This document shows positions 35,001 through 48,465 of a stretch of 64,000 bases of DNA, piece by piece (position 1 is the stretch's first letter; each line of letters opens with the position of its first letter). The stretch is taken from positions 2,668,008-2,732,007 of the forward strand of contig BFEA01000035.1 of the NCBI GenBank assembly GCA_003427395.1, in the 5' to 3' direction. This stretch comes from Chara braunii (lineage: Eukaryota; Plantae; Charophyceae). Position numbers and translations under genes: made by a program. Below the pieces are notes generated by a model, which saw only the letters and a list, made by a program, of their open reading frames with translations, was not told the origin of the DNA and did no database searches.

Positions 35001-38000
35001 TGATGGAGGTTCATGTCTCGCATAATATGACCTCCCAATCTCCGGGCCACTTTGATCCAGTGCCCAACTGGGACCAGATCCTATCCCACCATGTAAGAAC
35101 TGCCCTTGGACACTGTATGAATACGTGTTCTATGGTTTCTGAAATTCTGCAGGAGGGGAAGACAGTGTAGCACAGCTTACACCATGGTACCCCTGCTCTA
35201 GATAGGTTCGATCTATCCACCAACCGTTGGTGGGTAGGCAACGATGTTATATCTGCCATTACAGCGAGGCGATCTTTGCTGGCCCAGGCCTTGTGGCACT
35301 GAACCATCGAATAGGACGGATAATCTCAATCCCCACATTCAATTGGGACCTCCATCGGTAGTTCACATTTTCTTTAATGTTTACTTTTGGTCGCAGCAGC
35401 CGATACGTTGCCTTCACCGTCAGGTTATACAACTTTGCATTCCCCAGAGATCTACATTTTTCTGGGTGTGCCCACTGCCAGTCATCGGGATCTAAGGGGA
35501 GTTCTGCCAATGGGGTATTTGGCTGATATGCAATCCATACATCCTTGTTCCGCAGCACGCGAATCCTGTGCAGTTTCATATTTTTTCCACATCTCATCAC
35601 TTTTGGGGTGTACCAAGTGAGAACATTATCTTTATCTATATGGAAAAGGTTAATAAGTGTTTCGGTCGTTCGTACAGCCACCACATTTCCTACACTTTCT
35701 GAGTCCCTTGTAACGTTTACCCAATCCCCTTTCACCAGTTGTGGGCCTTGTGGCCCTTTGCGCAGGACGTGCACCCACTCTAGGGGAATAGTGAATATCA
35801 ACAGTTCAAGGTTTTCCTCAACATTGTGACAATATTTGAATGTGACCTTCAGTTGCGGAACCGTTTTCCAGTCCCCTTTCTCTGAGTCTCAAATATCCTT
35901 TATTCTAATTACGTCTTTTTTGACCCAATTGCACCACAGGGAGACTGAGTTGCAATACACCCTGCCGCACCGGTCTGTAATCCTCCTGTTTCCAAAAAGG
36001 GGTTGGCGCATCGCTTTCTCCCACCTCGTCAGTGGGGGGTTGTCAGGAAGCGGAAGTTGGCGCAAGGTTCTTAAGACCCTCGCCCAGAAGTCATCCCTGG
36101 TCAAATCCTTATTGATTGTTCCTTTATTCAATCCTCGACTGTCTCGAGTGCACCGTGGCACGGTTCGGAAACAGTCTTCTAACCAGGTCAACAGGAAGAC
36201 ATCCTGTGGTGCTTATGGAGCGAGTCTTGCTATCTGTTCCAGTGCAAGGGCATACCATGAGAGATATTGTGCAAAGAGCAACCTCTTAACCCATTGAACC
36301 ATTAATGTTGTGATCTGTGTACCGGGTCTAGAATCCCCAACCCCCCCTTGTCCTTGTGTTCGACCACCGATGACCAAGTTACCCTGCTAATGATGTTCGG
36401 GAGCTCACCATTGCCTCTCCACAGCAGGAATTATGAAAATTTTAACAATCTACCCTATCTAGGGAAGATGCTGCCGAATTTCTCAACAATCTATGATTCT
36501 CATCAGGAAGAGGTAGAAAGGAGATAAGTGGAGGAATTAGGCTACAATATGGAGCATTTCCTCCTAGACCATTCATTTTAAGCATAGACATGATTTTTTG
36601 GTTTGTAGTGTGATGCAATCTGCGCTTAATTGAAGGTTCGAGTAGTTCGGTCTGATCCACCAAGGATTCCCATCTTCTACTATTATTTGATATTAGGTCA
36701 ATTTATGCGACACAACTTTGTCTACATATGAACGCCAGCCTAAAGCCTTAGCCCCGTGGGTTCTATTTTTCATCGAAGGTTTCACCCATATTTTTTTTAA
36801 TTGTCATTTTAAGGGACAAGGTAACTTTTATGAACGGTTTGACAATGTTTGAGATTGTGCGTGTAAGGCGGGGTGTGAGTTTTAGGAAATGGTGAAGTTG
36901 ACCATATTGGTATATAGCAATGTGGTTTTCTCGCATGTGTGGATGTTTTACGCAGGTTAGGTCTTAGAGCTTGACGCACTGTTCATGTTTTGGTTGAATA
37001 CTTAAAGAGATTGATGCATAACTCACACCTTGTGACCTTGGTAAAAGTGAGTCTGAGTAAGAACGACAACTGAATGTCGCACGATCCAGATACCTAATGG
37101 GTTCATCCTTTTGTCTCATTTGTTTTACCCCGACTTTCAATAAATACGCGGATGTTGAAGTGTTTGCTTGCTTGTTTACTGGTTGAACAAATATATTAGT
37201 TTATGTCTGAGATACGTTATATCTTTGGAGCCAAGAGGGGAGTAGGCGTCTGCTTTCGTTTTAAGTTAATATTAAAAAAAAGTAGAAGATGTGTCGCGTG
37301 GTTAGACTTAGTTTCCTAGTGATCGGTGCAGTACCACGCTTAGGAGATCAACACCCCAAATGGCGGTTCGTGTGCCGGTTCGATTCGGATGTTAACCACG
37401 CGTACCCCGTATGCTACAACAAACGAGAAACTTCCTTGGAATGATTCACCTCTGCAACTGCACGTAAAAACTCTCGCACGCTGCCCAGTAGCTCACAGGG
37501 ATACGCCCACCTAAACAATGGTGACAACTCTCACAGGTAAGGGTAAGTTATGCCTCGTGAGACCCTGTCCTATCGTAGAAACTCGAGACAGGTATAGTTG
37601 GCGCACTCGGTCGGAGCAGTATTGCTTCAAAATGCTTTGCGTCCCAACTGCCAAAAACCTGCGTGAGGCGGGGAGGGTCTCATAGAAGACCAATGCGCTC
37701 AACATTACCTAGGGTCATTTGCAAGAGGAGAGACATCTACAGGGGCGGCCCCGATTGGAGTCTGAGGAGGTTGGTTGGGATAGTCTTTGGCCATAGTAGG
37801 CCGCCATACATCCTTGCCGATGACAGACAAACCAACCATCAGTTTTTGGTTCCGATGGCTAACGCCCCGACAGCGGTTTGTGGTACTTGTTGTGCAACCA
37901 TGACAGGTATAATCTAGTCACAGCGATGGAGCGCATAGATCGCATCATGGTGTCCATGCTCAGCATAATTATGCTTTTCAGCGGTTTGCATCATAGTTAT

Positions 38001-39029
38001 TATAGTCCGTACCAATTTCAACATGGCTTATGATTCTTCAGCCTTTTTCTCTACCGTGAGAGACAGACGGAGAAGGTAGGATAGCGGACGACATTTGTGC
38101 TCCAACCCTAACTGCCACCTGCTCTTGATAAGTGACGGGTCCAGCAACGAATCCCATATCTTCGAATCTATCCTGCAAGGCTGCTAATTTTATCCTGGCT
38201 CGCTCAAGCTCTATCGACTCACTTTCTTTTGTGTAATCTTCATTTTTAAAAATAGCAGCAAAGTTTATTTCCATTTACTCCGCATTGTCCATAATCTTTT
38301 GCATAGTGTGGGTGATGAGGAAAACTTGCTTCCACACTGCAAATCCACAGCTTAGCCCGCATCACGCTACCCTTGAACCCATCAATGAAAAGCTCAAGTC
38401 CTACCTTCTTGTCTCTCTGAGACTTGACAAGTGGCTACAAAACCTACTACGATAGTCCTTGACAAACTCGAGAGGCTTTGGCACCCGATCTTTGATGATG
38501 AAGATCGCCTGTTCAAGCTGGATATAATCGAAATGGTTGAGAAAGTCTCTTTCGAAGGTCCGGAGGTCTACCCACTGGTAAGTCTCGAACGAGTGGTGCG
38601 CCTATCCTCCTAGTTGAGCGGGGATATTAGTCTTTAACTCTTTATTAATGTATTATTGTGCTCGAAGGGTAGCAAGCCATACTCCCGCGAGATGATATCA
38701 TTAAATAGATCAAACAGGCATAAGTACGCAAGGGTACTTGTAGGTCAGACTCGTGTAGGCACCTGCATGTTTGCGGCGCTGGCTGATTAATATGTGCATG
38801 AACAGGTGCATTAACAGGTGCATTAACAGTCACATTCTGATCACCGTTGGTTGGATTGACATTCATCTCTACAGGTGGCCTAACCGCGGACCTACTTTGA
38901 GTGATCACGGGTTCGTGCACCTGCTCGTTAGTTTTCTCAGATCGCCCACGACTTAGACTCGCCAGATCAACCGTTACGGGTTATGGAGTTGAGACACGAG
39001 GGCAAGAACCGACATGTATTGGCCTCAAT

Positions 39030-41525
39030 ACCAACCTCACGCCCTGCGCAACTTCGTGATAAGAGTGAGAGTATGCATGAAAGCGCGAGATAGTGCGTGT
39101 GCCAAGGATTTTAGGAAAATGAGGGTTGAAGTCCCAAGTCGGAATTGGGATCGCCGATGTCAAGGTCTCGACTCCCAAGGACAAATAGAGTTGGCCCAAT
39201 CACTAAGGACATCAGGCAACTAGCTTGCAGAGGCACGGGAGGGACCGGCCCCAGTTCGAGCTAGTCGTCGGCATCAGTTCCCTAACCGATAGACTTCGAG
39301 AAGACAAGGGCGGTATCATTGCTCGTAGACATGGCGGCAATGGCGCCAACGAGATTGAAAAACTTCAAAATCCGACCCAAAGGCCTCACCGGAGGCTCCT
39401 CTCGTGAATTTCCTCTTTATTATGAGTTCGGTAGGAGAACCCGTGCGCGTGATACTCTTGATTTTGTCGCCACTAAAAACAGACGTAAAGTGGCCAATAC
39501 AGGGTAAGGGTTGACCACGGTACGACCGTCAATCGGTGATAGGGGAGGAAAGTGAAGAAGGGTGGGTACTTAGTCTCGATAACGACCACTCCGAGCTTAG
39601 GGTATTCTTGATGGCATGCGCAATAATGGTCTTGCGTAGGATAGGGTGAGTGAGCACGGGTTGTTGAAGGTCCCACTCACAGAGTCGTTCTTGGCTCATC
39701 TAAAAGGGGAAGGAGGAGGATTGGACCTCGAAAACCAGGATTGGATGGCGGGGTGGAGGGCCTTCAAGCAAGCTCATTCAGTGACTCTAAACAAGTTACA
39801 CAACGCCAACTCCATTGCGAGAATCCAACGTCTGCTTAAGCCCCATAGCCGGCCCGTTACATTTAACTAGCAAAAGGAGAAGAAACTAAGGATTCTACCG
39901 CACCTTCATCATACATCTACTCATGCATCATACATAAACCAAATACAATTTCCAATTAGCGACCACTTAGCGCTTATTCAAAATTATGGGAAAAAAACGA
40001 GCTGAAAAAACTCTGTTACCAGTTGTCCGATGGCAGGACGTCCTGGCTGGACAGTTAGGGGGGTCCCGGACGTCCGAGCCCGGACAACTCCATTTTTAGC
40101 AGCTAAAAGCACGAAAAAAAGAAAAAAAACACAGGGGTGTTTTTAATTTTACTTTCATTTTTAATTTGATAATGAATTTTGATGTCAACATAAGGCAAAT
40201 GTAGTTCAATTTATTTTTCTGCATAACATAGTTTTTTTTTGTTTTTTGTTTTTTTTTTTATTGTTCGAGCTCGGACGGACTGCCCGGAACTCGGCGGGGA
40301 GGATGTCTGACCGGACAGCCCCGGACAGTGAGAGGGGTCCAGGACGTCCGACCACATAACCTAGCGAAAAAGCGAATTCACAAAATTGATCCATCACTCA
40401 CACAAAAGATCGATTATTCGGGGAACATTCCCAAAAAGTCAGCTTCCATCGACTCACAATTCGGGATGCACAAACTTGACACTAGTGGATCACTCCTTGG
40501 CCTTCAGAGAAAGGACATTCATTCATCAAGATGCATGCATGTGTGCATTCTAATTACAATAATAAGAGCAAGTATGAGGGGGGGAGAAAAAAGCATGACG
40601 AAGACAGGAAGGAGGCGAAGCCACACAACAAGATGTATAATTCAAACTTAGAAAAATCCAAAATACAACCCTATCACCACACCCTCTCCACTTCTCATCA
40701 CCGTCCACTTCCACACTCAGTGCAGGCAGTCTGTCGCCTTGCACCCACCAACTACCTAGAGTCGTGACCCCGCTTAATCCGATTACGGAAGCCAAGTTCC
40801 CCCTAGCCTCACAGTCCGTTGCGGCCACACGTCAACCCTGCACAATCGTCACCAGCCCGTTGGATCACCCAACTCTGCACGTACTTCTGCAACACCAACA
40901 CTCATTAGTTCATCCTTTCGACCTCAATAACTCCAAAGTTTAGATTAGAGAGATATATGTTCGCTCTTACTGATTTTTTGCAAGAACGCCTTCACGAGAT
41001 AATCGGGATTAGATAGGCGGAACGGGAAGGAAAGAAGGTAGTGCCTACGATCTCCATACCCAAACCGTGGCGTGGGTGACTTGGTCGCGCTCCACGTACG
41101 ATCATGGGCATCGTCTCCACCAATGAGAATGAACAAAAGGTATGAAAATGCATGAGCGTCAAAAACGGAAGAGGGGAGACAATGCAGTTGCACACGAGGG
41201 ACCAAGAAAGAAAAAGGAAGGGATTCACAGTTGAGATTAATATTAAGGCACAAGAGGAAAAGAGCGCAGAAAAGCGAGCACAAGCAAGAAGTAGCGTTCA
41301 GTTCCACCCACGACCAGACAAAATGTATCAAGCCCAAAATCCTATGCTCACAAAAAATTCCGATTACATAAGCAGAGAGCCATGCAATACACAAAAAATC
41401 AAAGATGCGAAAATTTGACTTGCATGATGGTCGCGCCAAAATTTCCTACTTACGATTCACATACTTCAAGAAAGGGGAAAAGAAGACACATCAGCATTTT
41501 TATCCGCGCACGCTAAGGCGCATCC
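39030..41525 (-). pseudogene. Copy 1 (most diverged) of an unknown tandem gene family
   Basis: GVVVIETKYPPFFTFLPYHRLTVVPWSTLTLYWP and KILGT...AQGVRL align with copies 2 and 3; shared upstream motif cgctaaggcgc at ~41510. Confidence 0.55.
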
Positions 41526-42239
41526 TGACCGTCGATACCCAGAGGCTTGAATGGAGTTTGCGAAAATGTCCAATCTACTCAGCAAATTCGATCCGAAGTG
41601 CATTTCTCAAAGAAAATTAAAAGAAAGTCGAAGGGGCAGTAGAGTAATAAGCCCCATAATCATACATGGACCCAATTCGGGCCGACAATTAATCGCGCAG
41701 AAAATTGCACACTCCCAAAAGGTAGATCATCTCAATCTTAGTAGACAAGTAGAAGCATAATAACGAGGAGGGAGTTCTGAGTTCATGTAGTCGAGTCCTG
41801 GTTTCATAATCTTTCGTCCGTATTATGTAGGTTGTAGAATGTAGAATCTTTTTGTTCCGTATATGTATATATCCCCCTTCTTCTTCTTCGGCCCGCCCAT
41901 AGTTTTCTTTTCTTTTATGTTCTCCGGCGTTTGCTTTCTCTCTTAAACCACCAGTACCTTTCCCAACTATAAAGTCTGAGCCTTCCCCAACCGGTATGAT
42001 GAGCCTTGCCAAGCCTAAAGCTACCGGTAGCAAAAAACCTCTCTTGTCAAAAAAAAAAAAAAAAAAAAAAAACGTACGAGATTCAAATACTAGTAAAAAA
42101 ACAACGAAAAAATAAAAATGAAAAAACGAAACGGGAGGGATAGGAAAGAGAGCGAACCAAATAAGAATGCATCATCTTGTTTACTCAACGAAGATGCATT
42201 CTCGTTTTGAACAGCAAGAGGTGCACGAGTGTGACGTTC

Positions 42240-43386
42240 AACCTCACGCCCTGTCTTGTCCTTCGGTCGGAGTGATAATTTGTGCAGAATAGGCCCTGAA
42301 GGATAGAAAATGGGGTGTGCCAAGGATTTTGAGTGTGGGGGGCACAGATGGAACCGAAAGCCCCCGTGAGGAAGGACCATGGTCGCATGGAAAGAAATGG
42401 CGTGCAACTAAATCCAGAAAGTATCTTTGCGCTTTCATGCGAGCTACTCGCCATCTTTTCGAACGAAAAAGTGAGGGCAAACACGTGGGATCTCGTTTTC
42501 GAACTAAGTTCCGACGCCGTTCGCTACAAAGTTTGGACGTGGATGGTTTCAGCATGGTCACTTTTTCTCTGTGCTCGTCCTCGCCACGTGTTCGGTAGTG
42601 GAACCCCTTCTCCTGATAACGCTCAGTGCGGCAACAATCGCTGCACAAACTGTTGGTCCAGTGGGGCGCTATTGTCGTCCACAGGATGACAATCAGTTCG
42701 TTAAAAGACAATAATAACGAATACGGGGAAAAGTGGGTATCGATAATGACAAAACCAGCCCCCACGAATCCCAAACACCTCGTCTCAGGTAGAAAAGAAT
42801 AACGTTCAACGATCTTGGCGACGGCTTCTCGTACGTCCCACTCACATACACGTGTCCTTTCCTCGTTATACGGGAATGGTTGCAATGGGGATGCAGGGAG
42901 CCGACACCCGGTCGGGTTGGGACAATTGGTCCACATGGCATAAGCAAACTCTGAGTACGTGAGTCTACCCAATCGGTTGTCCAATCACTAAAGTAAACAA
43001 TCGCAATGCTACATGCTTTACTGCCTTTCATTCATCTGGCGAACTGATAACAAAACAATTGTGAGTTTGATCCAATCACAGCGACAATCATCATTCATTA
43101 AAGGAGCGACAAGCGTGCATATTCCCATAATCTCAACGGGATTTTTGCTTAGTCAGTCCAATCGATGCACGTGTAACAAATCTCGCATGCACAAATCCTC
43201 CGTTGTTCGAGAGACATATCAACAACCGAAAAAGAAAACCGATAAGATCTCCTAGGCTTACTGGTCCCTTTGAATTCAACGATGCTCATTCGTGTGATAT
43301 TCAATTGAATTCAACAGGTGCGAGAGAGATCAAGGAAATTTTTTATTTTGGCATTCGTCAAATGGATCAGAGCAAGGGGGAGAGAA

Positions 43387-43475
<89 letters not shown>

Positions 43476-44800
43476 AAATGAAAATGTAGCTTGGCCGAAG
43501 AAGAGGACTAAGAAAAGAGGGAGAAAACTCTGGTCATACAGACAATCTTGAGGAGGAGCACCCGACTATTCACCGTGGACTTAGCTTCTGATAACCAAAG
43601 GAAGAAGAATCCAAGAATCAAAGTGACCCGGTCTTCTGCTCTTTGATAATGGCCCCTGGCCTGGCTGGCCATGCAACCACTTGTACACAGTACTACACAC
43701 ACACTCTTCTCACTTCGGTACTGATGATCCCGACCGCCACGTACCAACCACCAAACACAGCGATTGTGACTCCACCAACTTAGCTTTTGCACCACCTTGC
43801 CCAAATCCCGCAGTTCGTCACGGCCACCCAACACACAACCTTGCATACAACGTCGTCGGCTCATCGGGACTTTCTGACTCGCTACTTGCACGTCCCTTAG
43901 CCACGACTTTCTGAAAGTTGGTAGATCGGTTAATCGTCCGGGAAAAGTCATATCGATCCTCGTGAGTTCCTTCACAACCAATCAGATCAGAGCACGCGGG
44001 GAGTATCCTCCTTACACAACGTCGCTTGACGGCTTCGAATACCTTGGGGGGGGATTGGTAGGGAGTTCCTGTAAGGGGATGAAGGCGGGAAGGAGGAGAG
44101 AACGAAGAGTAGTACGGAGCGGGACTACGATTCAGACAAGAAGGAGTGGGGGCGGAACACGAAGGGAGAGGCGATGGAGAACAGTTACAAGTGAAGGAGG
44201 GAAGACGAAGAGAAGGGTGAAGATGGCAGGGATCATAGCGGGAAGCAGCGAAAGCGTGCATGCATGGTGCCAATGAGGAAAAGGAAAAAACACCGAAACA
44301 GTTACGTTTCGTTCATCCTTGTTCTAAAACTAGTTCAAGATTGGAAAATTTAAAAGCAACATCAGCGCGGAGAATTGAACGCTTGAAAATCCTACGTTTA
44401 TCTAGATTCTTACAATAAATTCATAATTTTTTCAAAGGCGAGTGTGGGAACATTCACTTGCAACTTGCAAGAAATGACACGTCAACGGGAGAAGCGCCCA
44501 TAATTTTCGGAGTTCCCAACTGCCGAACAAAATTCATAGCGTGCTCGCTAAGGCGTGCGTAATTCCTACGTAGATGCATGGATTACCGAAAGGAAATTGC
44601 AAAGAAATCCAAAAAAAACATTGTCTTAGACATGAGAGGATCTGTTTGGCCTGTGATTCTGTGCACTGAGGGGATAGCAAAAAAGGACGAGGTACCCAAA
44701 AACAAAGCCCAAGCCTCCAAGAGGAATCCGAAGAGTAGGAGCAATAAAAACTCAAGGCTTCAGAAGATCATTTGGGTACGGAAGCTGGTACGTCACACAC
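42240..44800 (-). pseudogene. Copy 2 of the unknown family (coding blocks ~43620-44010 and 42244-42984)
   Basis: 246-aa ORF; collinear DNA homology with 46180-48465. Confidence 0.65.
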
Positions 44801-44814
44801 GCAAGAGGGGGGGG

Positions 44815-44850
44815 GTCTCTCATACACATCTAGATGTGTATAAGAGACAG
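44815..44850. other. Nextera mate-pair junction adapter (assembly artefact)
   Basis: GTCTCTCATACACATCTAGATGTGTATAAGAGACAG is the back-to-back Tn5 mosaic-end junction with one mismatch, 55 bp from an N-gap. Confidence 0.95.
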
Positions 44851-44905
44851 ACATTGTGCTCGTTGCGAGTGGGGTTGGGAAACAGCAAATCATATTTGGT
44901 TATTC

Positions 44906-45150
44906 NNNNNNNNNNNNNNNNNNNNNNNNNNNNNNNNNNNNNNNNNNNNNNNNNNNNNNNNNNNNNNNNNNNNNNNNNNNNNNNNNNNNNNNNNNNNNNN
45001 NNNNNNNNNNNNNNNNNNNNNNNNNNNNNNNNNNNNNNNNNNNNNNNNNNNNNNNNNNNNNNNNNNNNNNNNNNNNNNNNNNNNNNNNNNNNNNNNNNNN
45101 NNNNNNNNNNNNNNNNNNNNNNNNNNNNNNNNNNNNNNNNNNNNNNNNNN
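44906..45150. other. Assembly gap (second gap at ~59599-59927)
   Basis: Runs of N close to microsatellites. Confidence 1.
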
Positions 45151-45190
45151 GACAAACAAGGAGGGGGCGGAGGAGGAGGATGGTACCCCC

Positions 45191-45273
<83 letters not shown>

Positions 45274-46179
45274 CCTCCCCCTGCACCGTTCGAAGCTCAT
45301 ACCCCGAGTCCTTCTTTTCCTTTGTTTTCCATTTGTTTACCGATTGATTTTTCTTCCTTTCTTTGTTCTTCTTGGGCTTATACCCCCAGTCGTTCGGTAC
45401 CGATCGAGTGCTCCCTTCCCCGACTTTCCGTGTTAACCGTGGAATATTTTTTCAAGTCGGGAAAGGTACTGGTGGTTTGAAGTTTGTTGTTGGGTTATCA
45501 GTTTCTTTCTGGTTTGTGGGGGTTTTCTTAGTAGGCCTTGTTGGATTATTTTCTTTCCCAGAGCTGATGAGACTTTCAAGGCAGTGGCTTGGATTCTGCA
45601 CCTAGATTTACGTTTTAAGCTTTGAACCAGAGCTGGTTGGTCCCAATAATTTTCCGGGTTATTTGTTGAGGGATTCTCGACCTCACTCTTTGCATGAGTA
45701 ATTGAAACAATTACATGCATATAAATAAGTTAAACAAAAAAGAAGAAGAAGACGAAGAAGAACGACATGCAGGGCATAAACCAACAGGACATTTTGGAGT
45801 CCATTTACATCTTTTCCTTCGGCCCACCAGCTTCCTTCCTAGTTGCACTGTTGCGCCTTCCGCGCCCCCAGAAAGTTGCGGCCGTAAACAAGCCGCATGT
45901 TTGATTTTCAAGTGGGGACACATCCTGCAGAAACTTGCGTTTGCTCACACAGCCGCACAACGTAGGCTTTGCGAAGTGTAAAAAGGAAGGGCTCCGAACT
46001 TGTGCAGAAGCCTGCACCTCTTCACCCAGCTTTGGACAGACGTCTGCACTCATGTTTCTGGGCGGTAGCTTCCTCTCCTCTTTGGTGCGTCCAAGAAATT
46101 CACAAGTTTGCAGGCGGGAGTTCACGCACAACACACGCGGTAGCTTCAAATGTTTGTGCATGTCAAGGTTACCTGTGAC

Positions 46180-48465
46180 ACTCTAACCTCATGCCCTGCG
46201 CTACCTTCTGGTCGGAGCGTTGCGGTTCGCGGAAGGGGCCCGGGAACGGCAGCGATGATGGGGTGTGCCAAGGATTTTTGGAAAATTGAGTGTGGGGACA
46301 CAGACGGAACCGAAACCCCCTGTGTTGGTCCGACTGTAGTAAGAAGAAGATTCGTCGCCGCACGGGTTTTAAGGGAGAAAAAGGCGCGCGCGGGACTCGT
46401 AGATATGGGAAATTCAATCCAAAAAGTATTGTTGGACTTCCCAACGAGTCGTCGCCCTTCGTTTTGCGTGAAAGGGGGCGGGTACACACGTGGTATCTCG
46501 TTTTCGAATGAGGTCGCGTCGACGCTCGCTACACAACTCCGAGTCCGACGTGGAGGGCCTCAACCGAGTGACATTTTCCTTATGTTCGTCCTCGCCGCGT
46601 GTGCGATAGTGAAACCCCTTGGTCTGACAACGCTCGATGCGGCGACAATCGTTGCACAAAGTATTAGGCCAATGAGGCTCCACTGCCGCCCACGGGACGA
46701 CGATCAGTTCGTTAAAAGGCAATAACAACGAATATGGCGGAAAGTGCGTATCGATGATAACAAAACCCGCACCAACGAATCCAGAGCACCGAGTTTCGGG
46801 AGGAAAGTAGTAACGCCCTCCGATCTTGGCGACGGCTTCTCGTACGTCCCACTAGCATACGTGTGTCCTTTCCTCGTTGTACGGGAAGGGGCGAAGCGGG
46901 GGCACAAAAAGTTGGTGCCCGGTCGGGTTGGGGCCGTCAGTCCACATGGCAACAAAGGTAAGCACAAATCTTAATCATACATCATCCGTCTATCAATCCA
47001 GGCAGCCCAATCATTCAGTCGCTCAGCCAATCATCCCTTCAATCATGCTACAACAAAACCTTCAATCACGACTCACTGCATGCATATATCGAAGCGAGAG
47101 AAACAAGGTCACCATAATTCATCCATTATGATATGTTGCGACCGGAGAAGGGAGAGTAGGGACACAGACTAGGAGGGAGAAACAAGTGGAAAGCAATCAC
47201 AAAGTGTCCGGCGATCTTGCCTAGAGATGTCCTGGCTTAAAAGTCGAGCAATCAAAAACTCACATTCGAAGATACAACTTTGGAATAGAAAGGAGAGAAA
47301 CCACTGCTGTCATAAAATTCCACCATGGCCCCGGGCCACGCACTCACTCACTTCCGGCTCGAACGTCTCGCTTGCACTGACGATCCTGGCCGTCACGTGC
47401 CAATCCACCATAGCCATCGTCACCCCACCGACTTAGCCTCTGCGCGGCCCTGCTCGGATCCCACAGTCTGTTGGGCGATCCAGCATGCCGAGCGCAAAGA
47501 CTACAGCCCGCTCGTCGGGACTTTTCGACTCGCACCTTCCTTCATACCATCCAGCCACGACTTCCCGGAAGCGGGCTGATGAGTCGAGAGAGAGATTTTC
47601 GAGAGCGCTTGCGGAATTTATAGCTGCGGAAAGAAGGATAGATGCTAGGAAGGGTTAGGACTGAAACAAGGAGAAGTAGGAGAAGACTCTGGGATTGCCC
47701 GTCGAAAGCCATGTCGATCCTTTGGATCCCAGCTGCAGCCAATCAGAATCGTCATGAATCAAGAATTCTCCTCTTACACGGCGTGTCTCTTAAGCTAGAG
47801 GGAGTGATAGGGGGTCAACCTGGTGTTTCAGCGCGGGGGATCAGAGCGGGAAGAAGAACAGCGTGAAAAATAGCGCAAAACGGAGCCAAGATTCAGACGA
47901 TCAAGAAGGAGAGAAAAGGCGCACAAGGCAATGGGGAGATGGGAAACGGTTACAGAGAGAGGAGTATGAGCGCGTGGAAGGGAGTATCGAGGACAGCGGG
48001 GGAAGCGGGGAGGGGAGGCTCGCATGCACGGCGCCGTCGCGAAGGCAAAAAGGCACTAAAACAGTTACGACTAATTCAAATTGAAAAATACCATATCCGC
48101 GTGATAAAAACGGGCGCGTGGGAAAGTCCTACGCCTATTCAGATTTCTGCGAAAATTCCCAGAGCTTTCCAAGATGAAGTTGCGAATATTCATGCGCAAG
48201 AAAGGACACATCGGATCCCCCTTATTCCAAATTTCCTATCCATCGACCCAAATTCCTAGCGCGCTCGCTAAGGCGCACGTAATTCCCAGGTAATTCCCAA
48301 TTTGCAAAAAAAAGACAAATTTCCAAAAATTGATCCGAGGGCCTTGCATATTACATTCAAAACAAGAGACCTCGTTGGGTGGTCATCCAAAATTTGACAA
48401 AAAGACAGAGAAACAGGGGGGGGGGGGGAAGATAGCGCAGGTCCGGAAGTTGGCGCGTCACAAAC
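46180..48465 (-). pseudogene. Copy 3 of the unknown family
   Basis: WDVREAVAKI...GAGFVIIDTHFPPYSLLLPFNELIVVPW...GFHYRTRGEDEH is near-identical to copy 2; contains stops. Confidence 0.65.

Larger units (their letters stand above)
18293..36430 (-). mobile_element. 5'-truncated L1/Tx1-like LINE, split by element B (LINE parts 18293-18956 and 34896-36430)
   Basis: Motifs FLLWRG...VTWSSV...KGGLGILDP (~36430-36325, with a frameshift), zf-RVT-like CKLC...ETIEHVFIQCP and IWTLWRKRC. The frame continues across B (GVYI|AEREATYMIK). Poly(T) at 18293-18313 is the poly(A) tail. Confidence 0.85.
7960..37703 (+). mobile_element. Old host element H of the same LTR family, in three pieces (~7960-11046, 17739-18292, ~36430-37703)
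   Basis: The pieces are collinear with 30.2-34.9 kb of element B: 8640-9060 resembles 30700-31100, then the core/spacer array, then ~120-bp repeats that resume at ~36435, then 36730-37060 resembling 32950-33270, and the terminus ...ccaatgcgctcaaca at 37703. Confidence 0.7.

Noticed and set aside
44815-44850. Natural Tn5/IS50 end implying horizontal transfer
   Set aside because: The head-to-head mosaic end is the synthetic Nextera junction, next to a gap.
44578-45480. ORFs spanning N-gaps or (GA)n/(CA)n tracts (also ~6.4-7.6, 53.2-53.9, 59.5-60.1 and 63.3-64 kb)
   Set aside because: Open only because of Ns or dinucleotide repeats.
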